From IMG/VR virus record IMGVR_UViG_2582581022_000009: a DNA stretch of 15,216 bases, one strand, 5' to 3'. Position numbers and translations under genes: made by a program. The notes below the pieces were generated by a model that did not search any database, was not told where the DNA came from, and saw only the letters and a program-made list of their open reading frames with translations. The stretch is from a virus. Its lineage: Duplodnaviria; Heunggongvirae; Uroviricota; Caudoviricetes. Of this stretch, positions 1-7,071 are shown piece by piece. Position 1 is the stretch's first letter; the number at the start of each line of letters is the position of its first letter.

Positions 1-2
1 AC

Positions 3-779
3 CTTGCAGCCGGCAAGGCGCCCGTCAGCCACACTCACCCGTGGAGTCAGATAACGGGAGTGCCTGCTGCCTCGCTGACGGCAAAAGGCACCGTACAATT
101 GAGCAGTGCCATCAACAGCACGTCTGAAATACTGGCCGCCACACCGAAAGCGGTCAAGGCTGCATACGATCTGGCAAACGGAAAACAACCGGCAGATGCC
201 ACGCTCACTGCTCTGGCAGGACTTGCCACTGCAGCAGATCGGTTGCCTTATTTTACCGGAGCAGACCGCGCAGAGCTGGCAACCCTTACAGCTATTGGTC
301 GCGCTATTATCGCTAAGGGCAGTATAAAAGATGTCCTCAATTACCTTGGTTTGGGGGAAGGCTCGGCGCTGCCCGTTGGTGTACCTGTTCCGTGGCCCAC
401 TGCCACACCGCCAGCAGGCTGGTTACAGTGCAACGGAGCTACGTTCACCAAAGAACAATATCCTGTTCTGGCCAGAGTCTACCCGACCCTCCGTCTTCCC
501 GATTTGCGCGGTGAGTTTATCCGTGGATGGGACGACGGGCGAAAAGTGGATACAGGGCGCGATCTGCTTTCACGGCAGGATGGTACAAGTTTTTCTCATT
601 ACGCAGGTAATTTTGACATTGGGTCTGGTCATTCAATCAATAACTATGACCAAATCCTTGACAACCAACCTGGATTCTCCCGTTTTTCATTTGCAGGTCC
701 TTCGCGAGGCGATGGGGTTAATTATGTGACCATTCGTCCCCGTAACATTGCGTTTAATTACATCGTAAGGGCGGCATAG
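3..779 (+). CDS. Side tail fibre protein, C-terminal part (5' end outside window); constant region fused to variable cassette Sv1
   Basis: Frame is open from window start (codon phase 3) to TAG at 777-779; the GTG at 60 in the ORF track is not a real start. C-terminus ...RPRNIAFNYIVRAA. Gene context (invertase, tfa, alternative cassettes) is typical of Mu G-segment / e14 P-region fibres. Confidence 0.8.
   Translation, partial: LAAGKAPVSHTHPWSQITGVPAASLTAKGTVQLSSAINSTSEILAATPKAVKAAYDLANGKQPADATLTALAGLATAADRLPYFTGADRAELATLTAIGRAIIAKGSIKDVLNYLGLGEGSALPVGVPVPWPTATPPAGWLQCNGATFTKEQYPVLARVYPTLRLPDLRGEFIRGWDDGRKVDTGRDLLSRQDGTSFSHYAGNFDIGSGHSINNYDQILDNQPGFSRFSFAGPSRGDGVNYVTIRPRNIAFNYIVRAA
334..570 (+). 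repeat. Tail-fibre cassette 5' homology block, copy A, with putative 26-bp invertase crossover site at 334-359
   Basis: Encodes GLGEGSALPVGVPVPWPTATPPAGWLQCNGATFTKEQYPVLARVYPTLRLPDLRGEFIRGWD, repeated at 787 and inverted at 2387. Homology begins exactly at GGTTTGGGGGAA (348-359), preceded by TCCTCAATTACC-TT, resembling gix/hix 12-2-12 sites (AAACC-NN-GGTTT core). Confidence 0.55.
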
Positions 780-1009
780 AAACGTTGGTTTGGGGGAAGG
801 CTCTGCATTGCCTGTTGGTGTACCGGTTCCATGGCCCACCGCCACACCGCCAGCAGGCTGGTTACAGTGCAACGGAGCTACGTTCACCAAAGAACAATAT
901 CCTGTTCTGGCCAGAGTCTACCCGACCCTCCGTCTTCCCGATTTGCGCGGTGAGTTTATCCGTGGATGGGACGGTGGTCGCAAGGTTGATACCGGGCGTG
1001 CGCTACTTT
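773..1009 (+). repeat. Tail-fibre cassette 5' homology block, copy B (direct repeat of A), with putative crossover site at 773-798
   Basis: GGCATAGAAACG-TT-GGTTTGGGGGAA at 773-798, then ~135 bp near-identical to copy A (offset 439 bp); lies immediately after the Sv1 stop codon. Confidence 0.55.
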
Positions 1010-1251
1010 CATTTCAGGAAGGGACTATCGTATCCGGTTTTGATGATAATGATACCGGAGATATCAGTTCGCTCGGCTCTACACAATACGGATTTGGTGA
1101 CGCTTTAACCTCTAATCAACTGGGGGTCTTAAATGGCAAAAAGTGGATATTTGATGCATCCTCTAAAGGTGCACAAAGATATGACTGGTGGGCTTATGTA
1201 TCAGCTCGCCCCCGCAATATCGCATTTAACTATATCGTGAGGGCGGCGTGA
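790..1251 (+). CDS. Silent alternative tail-fibre variable C-terminal cassette (Sv2); no independent start
   Basis: ORF begins at the crossover block (TTG is an ORF-finder artefact), shares the N-terminal 70 aa and C-terminal RPRNIAFNYIVRAA with Sv1 but has a different central segment; in a different frame from the upstream fibre. Confidence 0.6.
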   Translation: MGEGSALPVGVPVPWPTATPPAGWLQCNGATFTKEQYPVLARVYPTLRLPDLRGEFIRGWDGGRKVDTGRALLSFQEGTIVSGFDDNDTGDISSLGSTQYGFGDALTSNQLGVLNGKKWIFDASSKGAQRYDWWAYVSARPRNIAFNYIVRAA

Positions 1252-1257
1252 TACCGT

Positions 1258-1872
1258 TCAGCCGGCAAGCGCCAGTGGCGCTTCCGGCCAGCTGATTTCA
1301 GGTGCCTTGCTGATATCCAGTGCGTTCAGCTCGTCGATATAATCCAGCACGGCGTTCAGTTTTGCCGTTTCTTCTGGTTTCAGACTGCGACCAGCACGCA
1401 GTTTGAGGTTGATAAGATCGACGGACGCCATCGCCTGTTTCACCCGTTGCTGGCGTTGCTGTCTGGCAACCTCCAGTTCTGCGGCTCGCTGCCGTTCAGT
1501 ATCGGTTACCCACGCCTCACCGTTCCAGGTATCCCATGGCGTGGCTGGCTGTTTTGTGGTGGTGTCCGCCGGGTAATCACCCGGTTGGGTAATCAGAACG
1601 GGGTTACCGTTCTCCGTGCTGTATACCGTCTCGCCGCGGTGATCAGGCACATGCTCCCACCCGTTCAGCGTGGCAGTCCGGCAAACCACGTAACCCGAAA
1701 TTGCTTCCGGCGGTGCATCGGCGCACGAATGTGCCGGAGTACCCACCCCAAGGGCGAGATACTCCACAGAGGATGAGGTGTATTCCCGGGTTTCCTCGTC
1801 ATAGTGATATACAGTGATATCGCCCGCTACAGTGGCGATACCGTTTTCATCCAGAACTGCAGTGTTACTCAT
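1258..1872 (-). CDS. tfa: Tail fibre assembly protein (Tfa / Mu U family)
   Basis: 204 aa starting MSNTAVLDENG...; ATG overlaps the TAA of the upstream Sv3 cassette (TAATG coupling); position between fibre cassette and convergent cassette matches G-segment architecture. Confidence 0.8.
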   Translation of the reverse strand: MSNTAVLDENGIATVAGDITVYHYDEETREYTSSSVEYLALGVGTPAHSCADAPPEAISGYVVCRTATLNGWEHVPDHRGETVYSTENGNPVLITQPGDYPADTTTKQPATPWDTWNGEAWVTDTERQRAAELEVARQQRQQRVKQAMASVDLINLKLRAGRSLKPEETAKLNAVLDYIDELNALDISKAPEISWPEAPLALAG

Positions 1873-2402
1873 TAAACTGCCCTCACAATGTAATTAAGTG
1901 CAATGCTACGGGGTCTGACAGTGATACCCTTCGCATACCCGCTTCTGATAGAGGTCAGAATAGTAGCCTGCATACCATTGTCTGACATTGCCACGACAGG
2001 ATCGCTGAATGTTGTCCCGTCCGGCATTTTAAAGCTGCCCTCACGAAGGTCTGTAATGGAATCTTCATTGTTGAATCCCATGCCGACTATCCCCGAGGTT
2101 CCCGTAGTGTCCTGGTTATAATAATCCAGCATTGCTGTTCTTAACAGCGTTGCCCCTTGTGCGGACAGCAACTTACGTCCTGTATCAACTTTGCGCCCGT
2201 CGTCCCATCCACGGATAAACTCACCGCGTAAATCGGGAAGACGGAGGGTCGGGTAGACTCTGGCCAGAACAGGATATTGTTCTTTTGTAAAGGCGCGCCC
2301 GTCGCACTTTAACCAGCCTGCTGGCGGTGTGGCGGTGGGCCACGGAACAGGCACACCAACGGGTAGCGCCGAGCCTTCTCCTAAACCACGTTTATCTCTC
2401 AA
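1872..2402 (-). CDS. Alternative tail-fibre variable C-terminal cassette (Sv3), inverted orientation, currently not fused to the constant region
   Basis: Shares the conserved junction block and C-terminal RPRSIALNYIVRAV with Sv1/Sv2, with a unique middle; the only cassette followed in cis by tfa. Confidence 0.65.
   Translation of the reverse strand: MRDKRGLGEGSALPVGVPVPWPTATPPAGWLKCDGRAFTKEQYPVLARVYPTLRLPDLRGEFIRGWDDGRKVDTGRKLLSAQGATLLRTAMLDYYNQDTTGTSGIVGMGFNNEDSITDLREGSFKMPDGTTFSDPVVAMSDNGMQATILTSIRSGYAKGITVRPRSIALNYIVRAV
2165..2401 (-). repeat. Tail-fibre cassette 5' homology block, copy C (inverted), with putative crossover site at 2376-2401
   Basis: Minus strand reads TGAGAGATAAAC-GT-GGTTTAGGAGAA then the same GLGEGSALPVGVPVPWPTATPPAGWL... 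coding block; inverted relative to A and B and adjacent to the invertase gene. Confidence 0.55.
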
Positions 2403-2454
2403 ATCCTCCCCACATTATCTCAGTACTTTAACCACTCAAAAGGGAGTATTTTTA

Positions 2455-3027
2455 ATGCTGATTGGCTACATACGTGTGTCAACAAATGACCAAAACACAG
2501 ATTTGCAACGCAATGCATTAATGTGCGCAGGATGTGAACAGATTTTTGAGGACAAAATGAGCGGAACCAAGTCGGAACGACCAGGCCTGAAACGCGCTTT
2601 AAAGTGCCTTAAAAGAGGGGATACATTGGTGGTCTGGAAGCTGGATCGGTTGGGTAGAAGAATGAAACACCTCATTGCTCTCACAGAAGAGCTACGCGCA
2701 AAAGGTGTCAATTTTCGCAGTCTGACGGATTCAATCGATACCAGCACTCCGATGGGAAGGTTCTTTTTTCATATGATGGGTGCACTGGCAGAAATGGAGC
2801 GTGAACTGATAGTTGAGCGCACGCTGGCTGGACTGGCTGCTGCGCGAGCACAAGGAAGAGTTGGAGGACGTCGCCCGAAACTGACGAAGGAGCAGCATGA
2901 GCAGATCGCAAGATTGCTCCAGAAAGGGTATGACAGAAAGCGGCTGGCAATTATCTATGATATTGGACTGTCAACGATCTACCGCTATCACCCTGTTGGG
3001 ACTGTCATAACGCAACCTGAAATGTAA
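2455..3027 (+). CDS. pin: Site-specific DNA invertase, serine recombinase (Pin/Gin/Cin/Hin family)
   Basis: 190 aa MLIGYIRVSTNDQNTDLQRNALMCAGCEQIFEDKMSG...GRRPKLTKEQHEQIARLL: resolvase/invertase catalytic N-domain with active-site Ser in VST and C-terminal HTH. True ATG at 2455 with AGGGAG RBS (ORF track start 2329 is upstream in-frame read-through). C-terminal ~25 aa differ from my recollection of K-12 PinE. Confidence 0.9.
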   Translation: MLIGYIRVSTNDQNTDLQRNALMCAGCEQIFEDKMSGTKSERPGLKRALKCLKRGDTLVVWKLDRLGRRMKHLIALTEELRAKGVNFRSLTDSIDTSTPMGRFFFHMMGALAEMERELIVERTLAGLAAARAQGRVGGRRPKLTKEQHEQIARLLQKGYDRKRLAIIYDIGLSTIYRYHPVGTVITQPEM

Positions 3028-3182
3028 TTCTTTTTCAAATAATGAAACGCCGCGTGGATGCCATTTATCGCACAAGATAGAGTGCATTTATCGCGCGGCG
3101 CATCACCTTTTGTTGATCCACTCAAATCGGCGGTGGCAATCATGAGTTGCTCACGAACAAACTGTAAATACTGGTTATTCAT
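2988..3182 (-). CDS. Small hypothetical protein (64 aa), translationally coupled to rusA; possibly a remnant at a deletion junction
   Basis: ATG overlaps the rusA stop as ATGA (3179-3182); 3' end overlaps the pin 3' end by 40 nt (convergent). No recognisable domain. Confidence 0.35.
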   Translation of the reverse strand: MNNQYLQFVREQLMIATADLSGSTKGDAPRDKCTLSCAINGIHAAFHYLKKNYISGCVMTVPTG

Positions 3183-3538
3183 GCATACTCCAGTTCTGTG
3201 ATTTTTATCCCCAACCGCCCACCAGGAACAAGCTGACCGCGCACAATATTAATTTCATCAAACTGCTCGTCGTCTATGAGCAGCCCCGCATGCGTCAGTA
3301 CATCCAGTGGTGCCTTCAGGATATTGTCCAGGTCACGACGGCGCTTATCCGGTGGCTCTGCAATAATTTCTATTGCCGGCCTTCCGGACAGGTTTAATTT
3401 CAGTTGCTGCTGGCGAACAATAAGCGCCACATCACGGCGATAACGCTCACCGACTTTTGATACAAAATATGTGCTGCCACGGCGTCGCCAGTAAGTGTTC
3501 ACCGTCGGCGGGTAAGGTAAAACCAAATCTATGAGCAT
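3179..3538 (-). CDS. rusA: Holliday junction resolvase RusA
   Basis: 119 aa with ...PPDKRRRDLDNILKAPLDVLTHAGLLIDDEQ..., matching the RusA catalytic Asp cluster (DRRRRDLDN...DD.Q in E. coli RusA); GAGGTG RBS; nin-region position. Confidence 0.8.
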   Translation of the reverse strand: MLIDLVLPYPPTVNTYWRRRGSTYFVSKVGERYRRDVALIVRQQQLKLNLSGRPAIEIIAEPPDKRRRDLDNILKAPLDVLTHAGLLIDDEQFDEINIVRGQLVPGGRLGIKITELEYA

Positions 3539-3550
3539 CAGTCACCTCTT

Positions 3551-4600
3551 TTACCCAAGCACGCCAGTTGCAAAGGCGTGATCAAGAAAACGAAAAATTA
3601 AATCAACCTGAGAACCATGCTTTTCTTCGAACGCCAGCGGATCCGCATGAAGCTCGTTGTGATGCTCCCGACACAGCGGTAGCGTGAAAATATCGTGAGA
3701 TTTTGTCCCCATTCCGCCCTGACCATGACCAATCAGGTGATGGGGATCGTCGGCTGGCTTACCACAACACGCACACGGCTGTGTCTTCACCCAGCGTGTG
3801 TATTTCTCGTTAACCCAGCGGCGACGTTTAGGTCGTTTCATGAAAGATTCCGGAGACTCAGGATCAACGGCAATGCTGACCACCGTCTTTTCCTGTGGTG
3901 GGTTCTGTTGCTGGTGGGCGTGAGGCAGCGGCGCAAGATTTTTTGTGCGCTGTTTCAGTATGCTGGTGGAGGTCTGCTCTCCCGGTACGATGTCGCTTTC
4001 ACGGTACATTGAGCGGATTTTTTCCGCACGCAACCCCAGCGAACGACGTAATACCGCTTCCGGTAGCGCGTCCGCCACCTGATTGCGGACCGCCCACCAG
4101 GATAATTCAGCCAGCGATAATTCCCGTTCCTGCGAGCCATTCATTGCATGGCGTATGACGTCAATCATCCATGCAGACAGGTTTTGGTGAGCAAGTTGCC
4201 CGAGTGATTCGGAGGTCTGGTCGCGCAGCTGGTTGTCGCAGTGCCAGCACAACACCATTGCGCCGGTACCATAACGGTGAATGACGGTTTCACTGTGGTG
4301 ATAATCACCGTGTGGCCACTGGCAGGATTTAACATGGCGCAGTAACCAATCAGACAATGCGCCAGCGCCACCAGCAGCACGAATCACTCGTTCGTCGCTG
4401 AAAAATGGCAGTAATGATTTATCCTCCGCCAGCGGCTGGCGAACGGCAGGAACGACCCCGGACGGCAGATTACGCATGCTTTTCGGTTCCGGCTCCACCA
4501 GTACCCGGGTATTGTGGAATACCGGCATGGATTCACGGCCCGGCTTAACGATCACCAGCCCGAGTTCCGGTACCAGAACAGGTCGAAGTAATACCCGCAC
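3551..4600 (-). CDS. DUF968-family (YdfU-like) lambdoid nin-region protein with C-terminal HNH-like Cys/His motif
   Basis: 349 aa; C-terminus RPKRRRWVNEKYTRWVKTQPCACCGKPADDPHHLIGHGQGGMGTKSHDIFTLPLCREHHNELH. GTG start with GGAGG RBS; upstream stop adjacent to start (operon coupling). Confidence 0.7.
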   Translation of the reverse strand: MRVLLRPVLVPELGLVIVKPGRESMPVFHNTRVLVEPEPKSMRNLPSGVVPAVRQPLAEDKSLLPFFSDERVIRAAGGAGALSDWLLRHVKSCQWPHGDYHHSETVIHRYGTGAMVLCWHCDNQLRDQTSESLGQLAHQNLSAWMIDVIRHAMNGSQERELSLAELSWWAVRNQVADALPEAVLRRSLGLRAEKIRSMYRESDIVPGEQTSTSILKQRTKNLAPLPHAHQQQNPPQEKTVVSIAVDPESPESFMKRPKRRRWVNEKYTRWVKTQPCACCGKPADDPHHLIGHGQGGMGTKSHDIFTLPLCREHHNELHADPLAFEEKHGSQVDLIFRFLDHAFATGVLG

Positions 4601-4601
4601 G

Positions 4602-4874
4602 TTACCTCCAGATGCGTTGCTGGAATGTGCGGGACGGACGCGGTGGGCGTTCGGAATAAGGGAGTCTGACGTAGATTATCCAGTGACGATAATCGAGGGT
4701 GAGGGCTTTCCTAAACTCATATCCACGTCTGCGGTAGTTATGAATCAGCCATTCGGCCTGTTCTTCAGTACAGGGATCGTGCTGATACCAGTCATATTTG
4801 AATGCGTGAGAACGCCACCCGTGCCTGCTGGCAAAGGCAGAATCAGAATTGCGAAATTTGAAATTATGCGCCAT
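4602..4874 (-). CDS. Hypothetical phage protein (about 90 aa)
   Basis: ORF MAHNFKFRNSDSAFASRHGWRSHAFKYDWYQHDPCTEEQAEWLIHNYRRRGYEFRK...; GGAG RBS 7 nt upstream of ATG at 4874; stop abuts the start of the DUF968 gene. Confidence 0.5.
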   Translation of the reverse strand: MAHNFKFRNSDSAFASRHGWRSHAFKYDWYQHDPCTEEQAEWLIHNYRRRGYEFRKALTLDYRHWIIYVRLPYSERPPRPSRTFQQRIWR

Positions 4875-4933
4875 TGTCATCTCCAATGGCGCTGCAGGTT
4901 GCCAGTTGTTCAGGCTGGCTCACGTATTATAAC

Positions 4934-5107
4934 TTATTCCCGAACTACCTTGAAACCGAGTCTTTCCAAGTATTCAATGAATGCCTCAACAGATAACACT
5001 ACATGATCATCAGGAATTAACGCTGTGTAGGTAATACCCCCATTCTCAACGCGCACAGCATAGAGGCCATCTTCACTAAAAATTTCACGTAATTCTTCGA
5101 TTTTCAT
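4934..5107 (-). CDS. Small hypothetical protein (57 aa; alternative start at 5155 gives 73 aa), in a Rem-like position
   Basis: MKIEELREIFSEDGLYAVRVENGGITYTALIPDDHVVLSVEAFIEYLERLGFKVVRE; GGAAGGA RBS before ATG 5107; AGGGAG before ATG 5155 as well. Confidence 0.45.
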   Translation of the reverse strand: MKIEELREIFSEDGLYAVRVENGGITYTALIPDDHVVLSVEAFIEYLERLGFKVVRE

Positions 5108-5226
5108 CAACAGAATCCTTCCAGATAAATAGCACTCCCCCTGTTCGGGGTCCATCCCTCTTCTCCCTGCGCGCTACTTAAGTATTTTTGATTCTATTCT
5201 GGCACCGTCCAAAACTTCAAACACGT

Positions 5227-5260
5227 TGAAAATAAAAACAAAAAACCCGCCGAAGCGGGT
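5227..5260 (-). terminator. Rho-independent terminator (minus strand) downstream of the HTH-peptidase gene
   Basis: Hairpin ACCCGC-cgaa-GCGGGT (5245-5260) followed on the minus strand by TTTTTTGTTTTTATTTT. Confidence 0.6.
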
Positions 5261-5264
5261 ATAC

Positions 5265-6368
5265 TCAAACAATCTGGAAAATATTTCTTGGATTTGTAAT
5301 AGGTCTGTTGATGGAGAACAACTCACGAATTAAATCTTGGCTCAAGCCAGTTTTCATAAGAATTCTTAGCCAGGTTGCATCATCCAGCATTTCAATCGCC
5401 TCGGCCAGCATGCCGGGTTCTTCAGGGCGCAAAAGTTCATCACCAGGTTCAACTCTCGTATACCCTCTGGAATTAAGATGCATATAGCCAGTTCTTGCCT
5501 GTTCCTGGGTCAATAAGCCTAATGCGCTGGCTCGATAAATACACATTTTAAGGCTGATTTTCCATCTAAGTTTAAATTCAACCAGAGCATTCCAGTCGAA
5601 TTGCTTACCTCGTATTCGTGGAAATTCTTTAATGAAAGATAACCTGGGAACTAATAAGGCGCTCGAAAAGTGATCGGCTTGTGATTCCGTAAGTTTATCA
5701 CCTGTCGTTATGCCCTCATGCATTACTAAATGCCCTAATTCATGACCTAAATCAGAGCGAAATCTACATATGCTTTTTTTAACATTGTTCCTGATGATAA
5801 CAGGCCTGTTATTGTGAACAGTAAAAGCATCAACACGATCATCGACTCCCGTAACATGCGCAACGATTACCCCTAAACTCTCCGCCAATTTAACCATTGA
5901 TGATATAGGGCCAAGACCTAAATTCCAGGCACGGCGACAATCTTCTGCCACTCGCTCAATATCATTCGGAGTAAGTAATTCAGCCCCTGGGTGCTCCGGT
6001 ATGTTAACGTCAGGAAATTCGATTTCACCTTCAACAGCAGAAATTATAATATTAAGAATCTCAGCCCTGGCCAATACACTATTAGTCAGCGTTTGAGTCC
6101 TGGACTTCTTACTCCGAAAATGGCAGACATCACTTTCCAGAGCGTATTTTCGTTCAGTAAAAAGAAAACTGGACTTAATCATAAGCGCTGAAGATATTAA
6201 CTCAAGACATTGCTCCGATGGCCTGCACCCCTTCTCCAGTTTGCTAACGAATTGCTTTGTCTTGCCAATTTTTTCGGCTAACTCTTCACAAGAAAGCCCA
6301 ACAGCCATTCTCGCTAGTTTGAGCTTATCACCCCGATACTCAGTGAAGTTATTCACCTGATGTTCCAT
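5265..6368 (-). CDS. Fusion protein: N-terminal XRE-family HTH + ImmA/IrrE-type (M78, COG2856-like) zinc metallopeptidase domain
   Basis: HTH: LKLARMAVGLSCEELAEKIGKTKQFVSKLEKGCRPSEQCLELISSAL; peptidase motif HEXXH as SDLGHELGHLVMHEG (HELGH, as in IrrE/ImmA). Overlaps the upstream gene by ~20 nt; sampled 60-bp stretches are ~30-35% GC versus >50% in flanks. Confidence 0.75.
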   Translation of the reverse strand: MEHQVNNFTEYRGDKLKLARMAVGLSCEELAEKIGKTKQFVSKLEKGCRPSEQCLELISSALMIKSSFLFTERKYALESDVCHFRSKKSRTQTLTNSVLARAEILNIIISAVEGEIEFPDVNIPEHPGAELLTPNDIERVAEDCRRAWNLGLGPISSMVKLAESLGVIVAHVTGVDDRVDAFTVHNNRPVIIRNNVKKSICRFRSDLGHELGHLVMHEGITTGDKLTESQADHFSSALLVPRLSFIKEFPRIRGKQFDWNALVEFKLRWKISLKMCIYRASALGLLTQEQARTGYMHLNSRGYTRVEPGDELLRPEEPGMLAEAIEMLDDATWLRILMKTGLSQDLIRELFSINRPITNPRNIFQIV

Positions 6369-6999
6369 CACTGCTCACATCCAAATCTTTATCCTTCGTA
6401 CGCCGACGAAGAGGCACCTTATTAATCTCCGCTTCGTCAGGGAGTGTGTTATAATCAAGAGGCATAAGCGGCATCGATGCTGTAGATTGATGAGAAACTA
6501 TACTAATCTGAGCACCATAAGTATTAAATCCAACAAGAGCTACCTCCCAACGAGGCAGTGTGGACTCTAATTCACCATCGCCCTCTTCGGATAAAAAAGG
6601 CTCAGCTATGACTCGCCATGTAATATCTTGCTCAGCCTCAACATCACCAAACAATGAGAGCTGCTCATACTCTACTTTATTTCGACGCAGACGATGTTTC
6701 TTTTTGGGGTTATTAATGCAATCTTTGGTAAATTGTAGCGGAACTTTATTTAAAGCAACTACATAGTCCAACCCCTTGGAAATCATCTCAAGGCCAGGAA
6801 TTGCATCTTCATTTTGAATAAGATGATTTCTGACCCAATCATAAGCCCTTACACCTTCAGACCAGTTGCTGTCTAATGCGTGCTTATGATAGTACAGCTG
6901 CTCAAGTACGTTAGCGATCTCCGCCAACAAGTGGCGAACATAGTTTTCAGCAAGATAAGGTTGAAATTCCCAACAAGGAGCTAACTGATTTTCATTCAT
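6349..6999 (-). CDS. Hypothetical protein (216 aa), first gene of the AT-rich cassette; no recognisable domain
   Basis: MNENQLAPCWEFQPYLAENYVRHLL...; basic patch KKKHRLRRNK mid-protein, acidic C-terminus; co-oriented and overlapping with the HTH-peptidase gene. Confidence 0.6.
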   Translation of the reverse strand: MNENQLAPCWEFQPYLAENYVRHLLAEIANVLEQLYYHKHALDSNWSEGVRAYDWVRNHLIQNEDAIPGLEMISKGLDYVVALNKVPLQFTKDCINNPKKKHRLRRNKVEYEQLSLFGDVEAEQDITWRVIAEPFLSEEGDGELESTLPRWEVALVGFNTYGAQISIVSHQSTASMPLMPLDYNTLPDEAEINKVPLRRRTKDKDLDVSSDGTSGE

Positions 7000-7034
7000 T
7001 TCAAGTTTCGCTTTTTTTAGAATTCGTAAACCAC

Positions 7035-7063
7035 ATATTTTCGCATTTTTCTATTTTTGTCAA
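7035..7063 (-). promoter_or_regulatory. Putative sigma70 promoter for the two-gene cassette
   Basis: Minus strand: TTGACA (7063-7058), 17-bp spacer, AAATAT, about 35 nt upstream of the 6999 start codon. Confidence 0.35.
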
Positions 7064-7071
7064 CCAGACTA

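Noticed and set aside
60-62. GTG at 60 given as the start of the tail fibre ORF
   Set aside because: The reading frame is open all the way to the window edge, and the region encodes the middle of a fibre protein; the true start lies upstream of the window.
47-890. Minus-strand ORFs 47-229 and 687-890
   Set aside because: Antisense to the well-supported fibre coding sequence; no RBS; likely chance ORFs in GC-rich DNA.
106-1108. Plus-strand ORFs 106-327, 331-729 and 785-1108 in alternative frames
   Set aside because: Frame shadows of the fibre cassettes; two of them repeat each other only because the underlying DNA block is repeated.
1447-2121. Plus-strand ORFs 1447-1776 and 1903-2121
   Set aside because: Antisense to tfa and the Sv3 cassette respectively.
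2329-2454. N-terminal extension of the invertase ORF from 2329
   Set aside because: It is read-through of the inverted crossover block in another orientation; the invertase family N-terminus MLIGYIRVST begins at the ATG at 2455, which has a good RBS.
2466-2950. Minus-strand ORFs 2466-2747 and 2708-2950
   Set aside because: Antisense to the pin gene.
3695-5006. ORFs 3695-4012, 3895-4158, 3955-4140, 4165-4380 and 4476-5006
   Set aside because: All overlap the DUF968 gene or its neighbours in antisense or alternative frames, without RBS support.
5991-6766. Plus-strand ORFs 5991-6191 and 6560-6766 inside the AT-rich cassette
   Set aside because: Antisense to the two cassette genes; low-complexity AT-rich translation.
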